Of a stretch of DNA of 52,329 nt, positions 37,294 through 47,688 are shown piece by piece. Each line of letters begins with the position of its first letter. The first letter of the stretch is position 1. Source of the DNA: Escherichia virus TH53; sequence record MT446419.1. One strand, 5' to 3'. Under the pieces are notes generated by a model, which saw nothing but the letters and a program-made list of their open reading frames with translations, was not told the DNA's origin and did not search any database. A program made the position numbers and the translations under genes.

Positions 37294-37469
37294 TATCCCT
37301 GTTCCCCGACATAAAATATTTTCTGCATCGTCCTATAATCGAAGACAGTTCTCTCTGCAAGTTACGTGAATTGCAAGATGGAACCTATTCGATTATGGAC
37401 TTATTGCTATTCCACGACATTCTCGATTTGCGTAAGAAACTCGAACCAGTAGATGAAGACAATGGCTAA
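36835..37469 (+). CDS. tail assembly chaperone, predicted -1 frameshift long form
   Basis: Seen: slippery heptamer T-TTT-TTC at 37191-37197; the -1 frame opens exactly there and runs to 37469. Confidence 0.5.
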
Positions 37470-40400
37470 TCAAAAAGATTTAATGAAGTTGAGTGTTAAT
37501 GAGTTAATTGCATTAGGCTCTCAAAGCGGTCTGACTTTCCATGCTGGTATGAAGAAGTCGCACATGGTTCAACAACTTAGTGCGAGCGCTGCTTCGGGAT
37601 GGCTGGATACAAATGCAGAATTAATGGGTGGGTCGTTTGAAGATGATAGTTTAATTACTGAATCTCTGGGCGACTCTTCCATGATTTCAGACGCTGCCCA
37701 CATTGCACAAGTGCTCTCAAGTGCTGGCTACACAGAAGCATTTCATGCAGCAATGAATGGTCCATCACACCATGTAGAAGCTGTTCACGCATACATGGAA
37801 AGGCTTGGTGTCAACACAGACGATGTGTGGATGCACATGCCGAAGCCAAATCCGAACCTACCGCAGGGTAGCTTCAACATGCTTAATGCCTATATGCGAG
37901 ATACTTTGCAAGGGCATCAAGATATTATGCCAGAAATCCCAGGCCATTATGCTGGCGATATTATGGCTGAATACTCCACCAACCGTGGAAACATTGCTGA
38001 CTCATACAACTACATGGCCCACATGTATGTTGACCGTGAACAATACAGCAATCATGAACAATACGCAAGAGACATTAGTCGAGTTGCCAAACGTCTGGAA
38101 CAAGAGTTACCCGCAGCCTTTAAGGAAGTTGGGTATACCTCGGCCTCTAATGTAGGAAATAAATCGGCTCCACATATTTCTTACATGGATGCACTTCCTC
38201 AGATTGGTTCTCCTTCAATTGTTTCTGGCATTGCACATCCTCGTGCACCTCTTAACGCATCTGGACTCCCACTTGGTTCTTATGGTTCTGGCATAAATCC
38301 AGAATACTCTCTCACTGCATCATTAACTGGTGGCACTGGTTGGAGCGAACCAAGCAAGGCTTTGTATTCTTCCATTAGCGAAGCTGTTAAATCTGCTGCC
38401 AAAGTTTATTCCGGCTCCAAAGGGATGATGAATACTCGTCACGAAGTATCTGACCGTGACATGATTATGGATAGTGCAACTCGCTATACAGATTTGGAAG
38501 AAGCCAGAAGCGGGTACGAAAACCTTCGTTCTGAACTTGCAGATGAACCAGCTTATTCTGCATCGAGTGTTCGAGCTATTCTCGAAAACACTTATGACAA
38601 AATGGATGCCGAACCTGTTCGCATTCCAAAGATGAAGGGAGCTTCACAGCGAGTCGAAAAAGATTCGCAATCAACATCTACAGATTTTACAGCACAACTT
38701 GGAGAGGCCACCAATTGGAACTCTGCAAGAATGCGTCGTGAGGAAATTGCGATTGCAAATATGGATAGTGCTGGATTCCGTGATGTATCTGACTATGGTA
38801 CAGGACGTTCCGAGTCTCCCGTCAGATTCCATGACTTAGAACAGGGTAGCCAAGAGTGGCTAGACTTCCGTAAAAATTATGACATAACTGGCTCAACTGT
38901 TGGAACCTTCTTAGGAAACAACCCGTATACCCGACCTTGGGCGGGAATGATTGACAAGATTGGTTTATCTCGTAGCAAAGAGCACAGCGATTTCACTAAG
39001 AAGATGTTCGCTGATGGTCACAGGACGGAAGAAGAAGCACGCGCTCGTGTTGGTAAGGAATTTGGATTCGATATCAAACAAACTGGCGCTATAACAAATG
39101 ACAACTATCCCGCCTTCATGTATTCTCCTGATGGTCTTATTGGTGATGATGCCATTTGGGAGCACAAGAATCCGCAAAGGGCTGGTAAGTTTGCTGACCT
39201 TCTTAAAGGCGACCATCCAGATTACATGGACCAAATTCAATTTGGTATGCACGTTTCTGGCCGTTCTCGTGCTTTGTTCTCACAAACCATCAACGACGAA
39301 ACACGTTCACAATGGATTGAGAAGGACGAAGGATGGTACGAGAGAAACCGAAATCGTCTTGATTCTGTGCTTGGCCGTCTTGATGCTGGGCGAGAGTTTG
39401 TTAGAAACAATGCTGGGCTAGGCCGAGAAGAACTGATTGCTGGTGCAAGAAGTGCAATGACTGGTGATGGTATCTGGAAGGATATTCGTCAAAGGTCAAC
39501 TCGCGGCTACTCTGCCGTTGCTGGAACTCCAGAAGACCCATTTATTGGTTCACGTTCTTCATACAATCCAAAGGCATCTTATTCAGACTACCAGCCAAAC
39601 TTTGTAATGCACGAGCAAAACTTTCCAGCAACCACAGGAAATGGTGATACTGGAAATGACTCGATGGCATTGTCTGTTAAGAAAGGTATCCTTGCTGCCC
39701 AGGAAGAAAACAGGCAGAAGGGTATCGGTGCAGATGCAGACTTTAATGGCAAAGCCGACTCAATGGGCTGGGACCGTGAAAGATTTGATGCTGCCAATGG
39801 CGGTGGATATTCTGGCGGTGGCGGTGGTCGTGGCGGTAACTTCACAAGTGGTGGCAACTACTATGATGACTACGGTCGCATGGGTGGTTCACTAGCTGCT
39901 GGTATTGCTGGTGGCAGCATTGGTTCAGCAACCAACGGAGTTATGCAAGCATTGATGGCAACTCCTGCTGGACGTATGGCAGCTGTAGGCATTGGTGCTA
40001 TTCAGATTGGCAATGAAGCTGCTGAATACATGAATGACTTTATCGGCAACTCGCTTGATGCTGGTGTTATGAATCCTAATGAATATTCTTCCATGTCGCA
40101 AGGCTTGGAGATGTTAGGACTCAACTCACAACAAGCGGCACGTCTGAATCAAACCACACATAGTGCCTACAACACTATGCTTAACGGCGACCCCAGCGCC
40201 GCTGTGAACATCGTTCGCGGCAGTAGGGGATTGCTCACCATAGGTGATATTCGTGCGACAGGCGGCGACCCTGTGGCCCTGGCTCGCATCATGCAGGAAA
40301 GGGGCAAGGAGCGTGGCTGGAGTCAGGCCCGTATCGCAGGTGCTGCCGAAATGGCTGGCCTGAATGGGATGGCGAGAGCCTACGACCGCACGGAATACAG

Positions 40401-41178
40401 CCATGAGCAAGCTGGTTCGGTGGTAGAAGCGGGTAGAAACTCTGACTTTGCCGAAGGTATGGTTCAGTCAGAAATGTTGCAGGGGAGCCGCGCACGCGTG
40501 CTGCCTAGCTACAACGTGCCACAAAGTGTCCTATCTAATGGCGCCCCAATCTTCGAAGCCGGAAGTGCTGCACTTGATGGTGCTCGTACTGGATTCAATC
40601 AGGCCCGTGAGTTTGCTGGAAGTGTTTACGACTTTATCGCTCAGGAAGAATCCGGTGGTCGTGAATACAATAAAGATGGTTCTCGTGTAACAAGTCGCAC
40701 TGGTGCTCGTGGAATAATGCAAATTCTTCCTTCGACTGCCCGTGACCCAGGATTTGGAATCAAGCCATCTGATGGAACTCCAGAAGATGATGCACGAGTT
40801 GGTCGCGAATACTATGACGCAATGTACAAGCGTTATGGCGACCACGAAAAGGCAATGGCTGCTTACACCGATGGCCCTGGCACTGTAGATGAAGCCATTA
40901 AAGATAAAGGATTAGGTTGGCTTACTGCTGTTCCTAAACAGGCACAGAATCGCGTCAAAGCATTCCGTGAATGGTCCAAGTCTTCTCAATCTTTGGAAGA
41001 GGGTGCTACAGGGTTTACTCGCAATGGAATGTCTTATGGTCAAACCCAAACTGTTGTCAATGTTAAGATTGATGCCAAGGTCAACAACCAGGTTGCTTCT
41101 GCTACAGTTGCAGTTCCTGGGGGCCAGACTGTAACTCAACAAATGAACATGAACAACGGTGCACAACAAAGACGTTGA
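37453..41178 (+). CDS. tail tape measure protein with lytic transglycosylase (SLT) domain
   Basis: Seen: 1241 aa after the chaperone; SLT-like block EESGGREYNKDGSRVTSRTGARGIMQILPSTA near nt 40630-40760; Gly-rich segment near nt 39780-39940. Confidence 0.7.
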   Translation: MKTMANQKDLMKLSVNELIALGSQSGLTFHAGMKKSHMVQQLSASAASGWLDTNAELMGGSFEDDSLITESLGDSSMISDAAHIAQVLSSAGYTEAFHAAMNGPSHHVEAVHAYMERLGVNTDDVWMHMPKPNPNLPQGSFNMLNAYMRDTLQGHQDIMPEIPGHYAGDIMAEYSTNRGNIADSYNYMAHMYVDREQYSNHEQYARDISRVAKRLEQELPAAFKEVGYTSASNVGNKSAPHISYMDALPQIGSPSIVSGIAHPRAPLNASGLPLGSYGSGINPEYSLTASLTGGTGWSEPSKALYSSISEAVKSAAKVYSGSKGMMNTRHEVSDRDMIMDSATRYTDLEEARSGYENLRSELADEPAYSASSVRAILENTYDKMDAEPVRIPKMKGASQRVEKDSQSTSTDFTAQLGEATNWNSARMRREEIAIANMDSAGFRDVSDYGTGRSESPVRFHDLEQGSQEWLDFRKNYDITGSTVGTFLGNNPYTRPWAGMIDKIGLSRSKEHSDFTKKMFADGHRTEEEARARVGKEFGFDIKQTGAITNDNYPAFMYSPDGLIGDDAIWEHKNPQRAGKFADLLKGDHPDYMDQIQFGMHVSGRSRALFSQTINDETRSQWIEKDEGWYERNRNRLDSVLGRLDAGREFVRNNAGLGREELIAGARSAMTGDGIWKDIRQRSTRGYSAVAGTPEDPFIGSRSSYNPKASYSDYQPNFVMHEQNFPATTGNGDTGNDSMALSVKKGILAAQEENRQKGIGADADFNGKADSMGWDRERFDAANGGGYSGGGGGRGGNFTSGGNYYDDYGRMGGSLAAGIAGGSIGSATNGVMQALMATPAGRMAAVGIGAIQIGNEAAEYMNDFIGNSLDAGVMNPNEYSSMSQGLEMLGLNSQQAARLNQTTHSAYNTMLNGDPSAAVNIVRGSRGLLTIGDIRATGGDPVALARIMQERGKERGWSQARIAGAAEMAGLNGMARAYDRTEYSHEQAGSVVEAGRNSDFAEGMVQSEMLQGSRARVLPSYNVPQSVLSNGAPIFEAGSAALDGARTGFNQAREFAGSVYDFIAQEESGGREYNKDGSRVTSRTGARGIMQILPSTARDPGFGIKPSDGTPEDDARVGREYYDAMYKRYGDHEKAMAAYTDGPGTVDEAIKDKGLGWLTAVPKQAQNRVKAFREWSKSSQSLEEGATGFTRNGMSYGQTQTVVNVKIDAKVNNQVASATVAVPGGQTVTQQMNMNNGAQQRR

Positions 41179-41184
41179 CGAGTT

Positions 41185-41198
41185 GGGGAGAAATCCCC
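41185..41198 (+). terminator. hairpin after the tape measure gene
   Basis: GGGG-AGAAAT-CCCC; weak, followed directly by a promoter-like motif. Confidence 0.3.
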
Positions 41199-41209
41199 AG
41201 CTTACTTTA

Positions 41210-41225
41210 ACATTAGTTGAATATG
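41210..41225 (+). promoter_or_regulatory. motif ACATTAGTTGAATATG, copy 7
   Basis: 26 nt upstream of the gene at 41251. Confidence 0.45.
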
Positions 41226-41250
41226 TATTAATTTCAATAGGTATATTGCA

Positions 41251-42363
41251 ATGCCGTGGCTACGCAGAGTTGAAGTAATAGTTTCACGTAAAGAAGACCC
41301 AAGCATTCGGACGGTATTTAAATCACATCGTATTGATTTTGAAGTCCGTTCTACTGTTGGGTGGCCCGCCGATACAGCAAACATAACTCTGTTTAACTTG
41401 TCGCTAGAAGAAGTTAAGTTCCTCCAAGACAAGTCCTACGGAGATATGTATATTGAAATTCGTGCAGGGTATGCAGAAGATGAACGTTCCGATTCTGGTG
41501 GCGGAACTTCTAGTGGTGGTGTTAAGAAGTTTGGTCAAAAGGCTGAACAGAGCGACCGCGTAACAGTGTCCACCTCACTGCCAACCATCTTCTCTGGCAT
41601 TATCACAAACGCAGTTGGCTACAGAAAGCCTCCCGAACATGTAACACAATTGTTCTGTATTTCTAAGGCATATGGTGCATCAACTGATTTCAAACAGCTT
41701 ACTGCAATCAAGCCTGGAACCAAGCTAATTGATGCAATGCGCTCAATGTGTTCTGACTACGGATTCAATACCATCTCTACATTTGGCGTTGAAGATTCAG
41801 TCCTTGAAACAGTAATGCCTCGTGGGCGTGTGTTTCACGACACATTCTTGAATGAATTTCGTAACATGCTTGGCGAATATAATTTGCTATACACTGTTAC
41901 AACTGGTGAAGTTCAAATCTTCCCAGATACCTTTGGTGATAAAGATGCAGTAAACAGAATGTCCAAAGACAGAGAGCCAGTCCAGCTGGATGAAGACTCT
42001 GTTATTGGCAACCCTGTTGCTGGAATCTGCACCTACACTTTAAATACATTCCTAAACCCATCTTTCCAACCAGGTATGATTCTTGATGTATCTCCTTTGC
42101 TCGGTAAGGAGAAGTTGCTTGCTAACGGTGTAACTTCTGTCAATGGTGAGGGCATTGTTCTTAACACTGACCAGTCTGTATTCCGTTGGGCTGTGGAAGA
42201 CAAATACTTCATCATGGAAGTTGTGCATAAAGGTTCAACTCACACAACCACTTATCAAACATCAATCACTGCAATCTTAGGTGGCAATACAATGATGGGT
42301 GGTAAGGAAGCTGCGTGGCAAGAAATGTATGCTAACAGTGGAATGGCAATGGAGTCATTTTAA
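41251..42363 (+). CDS. tail / baseplate hub protein (putative)
   Basis: Position after the tape measure. Confidence 0.45.
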   Translation: MPWLRRVEVIVSRKEDPSIRTVFKSHRIDFEVRSTVGWPADTANITLFNLSLEEVKFLQDKSYGDMYIEIRAGYAEDERSDSGGGTSSGGVKKFGQKAEQSDRVTVSTSLPTIFSGIITNAVGYRKPPEHVTQLFCISKAYGASTDFKQLTAIKPGTKLIDAMRSMCSDYGFNTISTFGVEDSVLETVMPRGRVFHDTFLNEFRNMLGEYNLLYTVTTGEVQIFPDTFGDKDAVNRMSKDREPVQLDEDSVIGNPVAGICTYTLNTFLNPSFQPGMILDVSPLLGKEKLLANGVTSVNGEGIVLNTDQSVFRWAVEDKYFIMEVVHKGSTHTTTYQTSITAILGGNTMMGGKEAAWQEMYANSGMAMESF

Positions 42364-43250
42364 TGTCTATCTTTGATACCGACCTCATTGGTGGTGTGTC
42401 CAAAGGCTTGAAGAATTTTAGCTACGGTCATCATCCATCTATTGTTATGTGGTCCAATGGACCTGCATCGCAGAAGGAAGAAGAGTCTGGACTGTTTGGG
42501 GGATTTGCGAAATCGCTCGAGAGCTTGCCTGTTGTTGGTGAAGCTGCCACCGAAAGTTTTAACTCTTTTAAATTTGATGCAATGGTTAGCGAAGAACATG
42601 CATCCGAAACAACTGTAACCAAGTTCCCTGTTAGTTCTGGGTTCCTGGTTAGCGACCATGTTATTAATCAGAACAGGGTACTTAAGTTAACCGCTGTTGC
42701 TGTCAACATGCAGAACTCCTCCATGTGGACTGCATCTGTACAAGGTTTGTCTGTTGCTTCTGGTGCAATCTTCAATAGCCCGATTATACCAATTCTTGGT
42801 GGCATTGCTGGTGGCGTTGCTTCTGCATTTGAAACAAGCAACCGAATCCAGTCTACCTACGATTTGTTTAACAGCTTCCGTGTTACGGGGCAGAAGTTAT
42901 ACATCTCCACCATTCTGGGACCTTATTTGAATTGCGTAGTAACCTCAATCAAAACCAAACATGATAAAATGTCTTCTGCAATGTTGGCAGTTGAAATTAT
43001 GTTTGAGGAATTGCAGACAGTTGATGAAGATGCTCTTGCCAGCGAAGCTCGTAAAGCAATGGAATCAATGTCTGACTACTCTGAATTTGCAAAGGTTGCT
43101 CAGAGTTTGGGTATGGGTGTTCTTGGAGGTGTTCCACTTCCAGGACTCGGTGCTCTTGGCACTCCTCCAACCAAACAGTTATCCAACTTGAAAGGTAAGT
43201 TGAGTAAACTTGCTTCTCCGCTTTCTTCTATCAAGGGACGTATCCTATGA
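42363..43250 (+). CDS. baseplate protein (putative)
   Basis: Position; ATGA coupling. Confidence 0.4.
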   Translation: MSIFDTDLIGGVSKGLKNFSYGHHPSIVMWSNGPASQKEEESGLFGGFAKSLESLPVVGEAATESFNSFKFDAMVSEEHASETTVTKFPVSSGFLVSDHVINQNRVLKLTAVAVNMQNSSMWTASVQGLSVASGAIFNSPIIPILGGIAGGVASAFETSNRIQSTYDLFNSFRVTGQKLYISTILGPYLNCVVTSIKTKHDKMSSAMLAVEIMFEELQTVDEDALASEARKAMESMSDYSEFAKVAQSLGMGVLGGVPLPGLGALGTPPTKQLSNLKGKLSKLASPLSSIKGRIL

Positions 43251-43609
43251 CTGAGCAGGAACATCAAGCTCTAAAACAGATTGCTGAACTTCTGCCTACC
43301 GGATATGTGAAGAGTGTTCCTTACAATATAAGTAAGGATGTTTCGTTTGAATTTAATGGTGTGACAGTTAAAATGTCTGCACTATATTTAAACGAATACT
43401 TAAACTGCTACATGTTTGACCTTGCTTGGGGAGCAACGGATAAGATATTCGGCATCCCAATTCGATGCGGAATTAATATCCTTAAGCAGTACAAAACTCC
43501 ACTACCAAACATGTATGCAGCCAACACAGTATTCCCTGGTGAAGAAGTAACAAGCTACAGACAACTCTACCTGTTCATTATTGACGAGAGTGTACTTGAA
43601 CGTGGCTAG
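43247..43609 (+). CDS. small baseplate protein (putative)
   Basis: Position. Confidence 0.4.
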   Translation: MTEQEHQALKQIAELLPTGYVKSVPYNISKDVSFEFNGVTVKMSALYLNEYLNCYMFDLAWGATDKIFGIPIRCGINILKQYKTPLPNMYAANTVFPGEEVTSYRQLYLFIIDESVLERG

Positions 43610-44396
43610 TCATAACAATAACCAAAATGCTCCTGACATTAACACAAGTTATCCAGGACACATCTACAACTTCGATGACAAAACACAAACGTGTGAAGTC
43701 CAGCTTGCAATCGAAAACCTGTTTGTGGGTTATGCCGAAGCCTATACCTTGCAGCCTAAACAAAGGTTGCAGGGTGTTCCTGTACAGTTTATTCAGGGTG
43801 GTGGCTGGAGTTTAACCCACCCTGTTCCCGATGGTACACCATGCTATGTTCATTTCTCACAACGAGGAATAGACCATTGGTTGTCACAGAACAAAGACAG
43901 CGCTGGCTTAATAAATGGGCGTCCTGCCCCTGAGTTTAGCCAATTGTTTTCACACAACGCTGCTGTATGCACTATCGGGACTCAACCTTTGACCAAAGTT
44001 ATTCCAGGATTTAATGGTGGAGTAGCAGAGCTGCGCAATGCAGACAGAAGCCAAAGACTGACACTGCACGGCGACGGTCTAATTGAAATCATTACTGGCG
44101 CTGCGAAGATTCAAATCACAAAAGATTCGGAGATTCTCGTTGAAGTTACGTCGCAAGCTACAGTTAAAGCGCCGCAGATTACATTGGATGGCGACACGAC
44201 CGTTACAAAATCCTTGACAGTGATGGGCGGCATGGCTGTATCTGGCACTAAAGATGGCTCTACTGCAACGTTCACTGGCAACTTTAAGATGGATGGTAAC
44301 ATGGTTCAAACTGGTTCCCTCACTCTTAATGGTATTAAGGTTGATGGTCACACTCACACTAACCCAGAAGGCGGCGATGTTGGGCCGATGAAATAA
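43581..44396 (+). CDS. baseplate spike protein (gpV-like)
   Basis: Position before gp25-like and J-like genes; C-terminal beta-rich Gly/Thr repeats and DGHTHTNPEGG. Start uncertain (TTG 43581 or GTG 43602). Confidence 0.5.
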   Translation: MTRVYLNVASHNNNQNAPDINTSYPGHIYNFDDKTQTCEVQLAIENLFVGYAEAYTLQPKQRLQGVPVQFIQGGGWSLTHPVPDGTPCYVHFSQRGIDHWLSQNKDSAGLINGRPAPEFSQLFSHNAAVCTIGTQPLTKVIPGFNGGVAELRNADRSQRLTLHGDGLIEIITGAAKIQITKDSEILVEVTSQATVKAPQITLDGDTTVTKSLTVMGGMAVSGTKDGSTATFTGNFKMDGNMVQTGSLTLNGIKVDGHTHTNPEGGDVGPMK

Positions 44397-44767
44397 TGGC
44401 TGGAAATTTAGCTCTTGATTCAAACCACGACATTATTATTGGGCGTGGAACAACCCGTATTTCAGGTGCTGCTCAAGTTGCTCAATTGGTTAAGTGCAGA
44501 TTGCTGACAATATTCGGCGAATGGAAGCTCGACAATTCGTTGGGCTTACCGTGGTTCGAGGCAATATTTACCAAGCAAGTTCGCCCTTCGGATATTGAGG
44601 CTGCAATAGCCAACATCATTCGAGGGACTGCTGGTGTTCAGCAACTGCTTTCCATAGATATTGATGCAGACTACCGAGACAGAAGACTTGGAATCTCCTT
44701 CACTGCATTGTCTGATTATGGCAACATTACGGAATTCTTAACATGGCAACAATCCAATACGGCGTAA
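44396..44767 (+). CDS. baseplate wedge protein, gp25/GpW-like
   Basis: 123 aa, directly upstream of the J-like gene; family assignment from recalled pattern. Confidence 0.6.
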   Translation: MAGNLALDSNHDIIIGRGTTRISGAAQVAQLVKCRLLTIFGEWKLDNSLGLPWFEAIFTKQVRPSDIEAAIANIIRGTAGVQQLLSIDIDADYRDRRLGISFTALSDYGNITEFLTWQQSNTA

Positions 44768-45900
44768 CAGAGAATGGCTTTGTTCGCAAGCCTGTGGCCG
44801 ACGTTGTAGCTAACCTAAATAACAAATTTATTGCCGCATTTGGTTCCAACTTTGACATAAGTCCAGAATCTCCTGATGGGCAATATATCGGAATCATGGC
44901 CGACGAAATAGCCTCGTGCTGGGAACAGGCCGAACAAGTGTTTAACGCCTTCCGTCCTGGTGCTGTATCTGGTATTGGGTTGGATAATATTTGCGAATTA
45001 ACAAACACTGTTCGGTATGTTGACAAGCCTTCACAGGCGACTGTCTTGTGCAGTGGTGATTCAGGAACTGTTGTACCTGCTGGCTCTGTTGTAACTGACG
45101 GAACCATGCGCTTCACTCTTGATACAGACGTAACACTTCCAGGTGACGTAACTGTTATCGCAGAAGAAGCTGGTGAGTATTATATTGCACCAAACTCTAT
45201 CAACAAAATCGTAACTCCTGTTGCTGGTTGGACTTCTGTCAACAACGAAACAGCTGGAGAAACTGGTATTAACTATGAACCAGACCCACAGCTCCGTGCA
45301 CGTCGAGAAAGGACCACGGCAGTCAGTAGTACAGCCACAGTCGAAGCAATCTATGCCTCACTCGCTGACCTTGATATTGATTACATTCGTGTTCGTGATA
45401 ATGATACCGGCGCTCCTATTGGCAGTCAGCCTTCGGGCACTGTATTTGTTGTAGTTGATGGCGGCACTAGCAATGATATTGCACGTCGAATCTACAATGC
45501 CAAGACTGGCGGTGTTCCTACACATGGCAATATCACAATCACTGTTACAGACTCGAAAGGCTATCCGCACGATATTCATTTCAGCCGACCAACTTACACA
45601 GACATTTATGTCAAAGGTACGTTCCGTCGCCGTGCAAATGCCAACTTGAGTTCTAACGATGCTATTCGTCAGTTAACCGAAGCAACTGTTAACTACCTCA
45701 ACTCCCTGCAACCAGGTCAGAGTGTGGTATGGTCTAACATGTTTGCTCCAATCATGGCTGCAACACAGTCGCTTGAAATTGATTCATTATTTATTGGTAT
45801 TGCTCCAAATCCATCTGGAACAGCAACCATTGATTTGGATATTGATAAGCGTGCTCGTGGCGTTGCTGCAAACATAACTTACACAGATGTGACAGTATAA
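44743..45900 (+). CDS. baseplate J-like protein
   Basis: 385 aa after the gp25-like gene, conserved order. Confidence 0.6.
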   Translation: MATIQYGVTENGFVRKPVADVVANLNNKFIAAFGSNFDISPESPDGQYIGIMADEIASCWEQAEQVFNAFRPGAVSGIGLDNICELTNTVRYVDKPSQATVLCSGDSGTVVPAGSVVTDGTMRFTLDTDVTLPGDVTVIAEEAGEYYIAPNSINKIVTPVAGWTSVNNETAGETGINYEPDPQLRARRERTTAVSSTATVEAIYASLADLDIDYIRVRDNDTGAPIGSQPSGTVFVVVDGGTSNDIARRIYNAKTGGVPTHGNITITVTDSKGYPHDIHFSRPTYTDIYVKGTFRRRANANLSSNDAIRQLTEATVNYLNSLQPGQSVVWSNMFAPIMAATQSLEIDSLFIGIAPNPSGTATIDLDIDKRARGVAANITYTDVTV

Positions 45901-45901
45901 T

Positions 45902-46543
45902 ATGGCTGGTAAACATGGCTTAGACATGCTGCTTTCGCAGTATGCACTTTCACCAAACTTACGCAAATATATCTCCATCTTCTTGGAAGAATTTGCAGAA
46001 GTTAAGAAGGCCATGGCTGACTCAATCAAGTACAGATACTTAGCAGACTCATTCGGCATCATGGTTGATGACCTTGCATATCTTGTAGGGGCTTCTCGCG
46101 TAATACATGGTGCCGCAGCACTTGGGTACTTTGGCTTTTATGCCAACCCAGGTGCATTCTCTGCTGGTGATGACAATAACCCAAATGTTGGTGGTATTCT
46201 GAAATCAGATTACGACAGAGACTCTGGGGACTTTGTTCGAACAGATGAACAGTTGAAGGCTGCAATACGTGCCCGAATCATTAAGATAACTGGCAACTGT
46301 ACCATCGAACAAATCATCATGTATATTGAGTTGGTTGTGGGAAGGGAGCTGAAACTTCAAATCATAGAAGGATTTCAGACAATGGATTATGTTGTTCATG
46401 AAATGCTGTCTGTGCCTGAGAAAGTTCTTATGGCGCACATGCTTCCAAACTTTAAACCTGTTGGTGTTAAGATTACCCTCAGAGATGCTGGAGGCAATAT
46501 CGCCTTGGTCTATGGTTCCAAAGATTATCCTCCGGAGAAATAA
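45902..46543 (+). CDS. baseplate / tail protein gpI-like (putative)
   Basis: Position between J-like and fibre genes. Confidence 0.45.
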   Translation: MAGKHGLDMLLSQYALSPNLRKYISIFLEEFAEVKKAMADSIKYRYLADSFGIMVDDLAYLVGASRVIHGAAALGYFGFYANPGAFSAGDDNNPNVGGILKSDYDRDSGDFVRTDEQLKAAIRARIIKITGNCTIEQIIMYIELVVGRELKLQIIEGFQTMDYVVHEMLSVPEKVLMAHMLPNFKPVGVKITLRDAGGNIALVYGSKDYPPEK

Positions 46544-47688
46544 TGACCCAACGTCTTAAGTTTAATTTTCCCTGGGCGCAAGATGGTGAAGTTAAAGACC
46601 CAGACTTGGACACCTCTGCACCAAGTTTTATCGAAAACAGGTATGCCGACGTAGGTTGGGAAGTTGAGAAGCCACCTAACGAGTGGCAAAACTTCTTGTC
46701 ACAGATTAGTGACTTGAAGATTATCTCGCTCTTGTTTAGTGGTATCGCCGAGTTTGATTCCAGTGTGACCTACCAGGTTGGTGCAGTGTCTTCCCTTAAG
46801 GGCGTTATTCGTGTCAACACTCCCACAGGTTGGGAGGAGGTACTTAATCTTAAGAAGGTTGATTACCTTAATGACATTAGCAACTTGAAGTCCATCTATG
46901 ATGGGCACTTGGCTGCAACCAACCCACACAAGGATACTGTAGACACTATAGTAAACAAGACTTACAGCAAGTCTGCCATTGATGATGCCTTTGGGAGTAA
47001 AACAGACCCAAGAACTGTTGTGTATCATAAGCTGCAAACTGGCCGTGTTCACCAAGAAACCCCTCAACAGCTTGGTACACTTCCAACATCTGGTGGTAAG
47101 TTCTCTGGCCCTGTGTCACTCATAGGTGGGATGAAGTTTGGAACAAACATCTCAATCCGAATGAACCCAGGAAATGGGAGAATTGAGATGCGTACTGGCA
47201 ACAGGATTCTATCCATTGATGCACTCGGCAATGTTCTGTGGAGCATAGTTGGTGGTGAAGAATATCCAGTAATGACTGAACTGAATTATTCAGAATTTCA
47301 GATTCGCTGGGGAAACAGGTTCGCACTTCCTACGCCATATTTGCAAATGGACTTTTCTAGGAGCATTAACGATGGTTCATCTGTTCGTGACTGGACAATC
47401 ACAACCACAGGAACACCAATGTTTCACCCTAGCGGTGGGTTGAAGATAGATGACAACAATGTCACGTTTTCCGAGTTTGATATTACCATTCCAACAACCA
47501 TAGTTGCACTCACCAGAAACTCTGCTGGCGTACTTGGGAGAGGCAACTCAGATGCCCCGTCTGGAGGGTATACGAGCCTAAACACTCTGCTTAAAAACTT
47601 GGGTGTATCAGGTGCTGCATACATCGTCAGTATAACCTGTTACCCAACACTTACCGCATATCAGAAATCAATGTTAGTGAGGCCATAA
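46543..47688 (+). CDS. tail fibre protein
   Basis: Contains an NPHKDT element of the phage tail fibre repeat. Confidence 0.55.
   Translation: MTQRLKFNFPWAQDGEVKDPDLDTSAPSFIENRYADVGWEVEKPPNEWQNFLSQISDLKIISLLFSGIAEFDSSVTYQVGAVSSLKGVIRVNTPTGWEEVLNLKKVDYLNDISNLKSIYDGHLAATNPHKDTVDTIVNKTYSKSAIDDAFGSKTDPRTVVYHKLQTGRVHQETPQQLGTLPTSGGKFSGPVSLIGGMKFGTNISIRMNPGNGRIEMRTGNRILSIDALGNVLWSIVGGEEYPVMTELNYSEFQIRWGNRFALPTPYLQMDFSRSINDGSSVRDWTITTTGTPMFHPSGGLKIDDNNVTFSEFDITIPTTIVALTRNSAGVLGRGNSDAPSGGYTSLNTLLKNLGVSGAAYIVSITCYPTLTAYQKSMLVRP

Noticed and set aside
37154-37369. +1 frame 71-aa ORF overlapping the chaperone end
   Set aside because: Arg-rich, low-complexity translation; the -1 frame that opens exactly at the TTTTTTC heptamer is the credible frameshift product.
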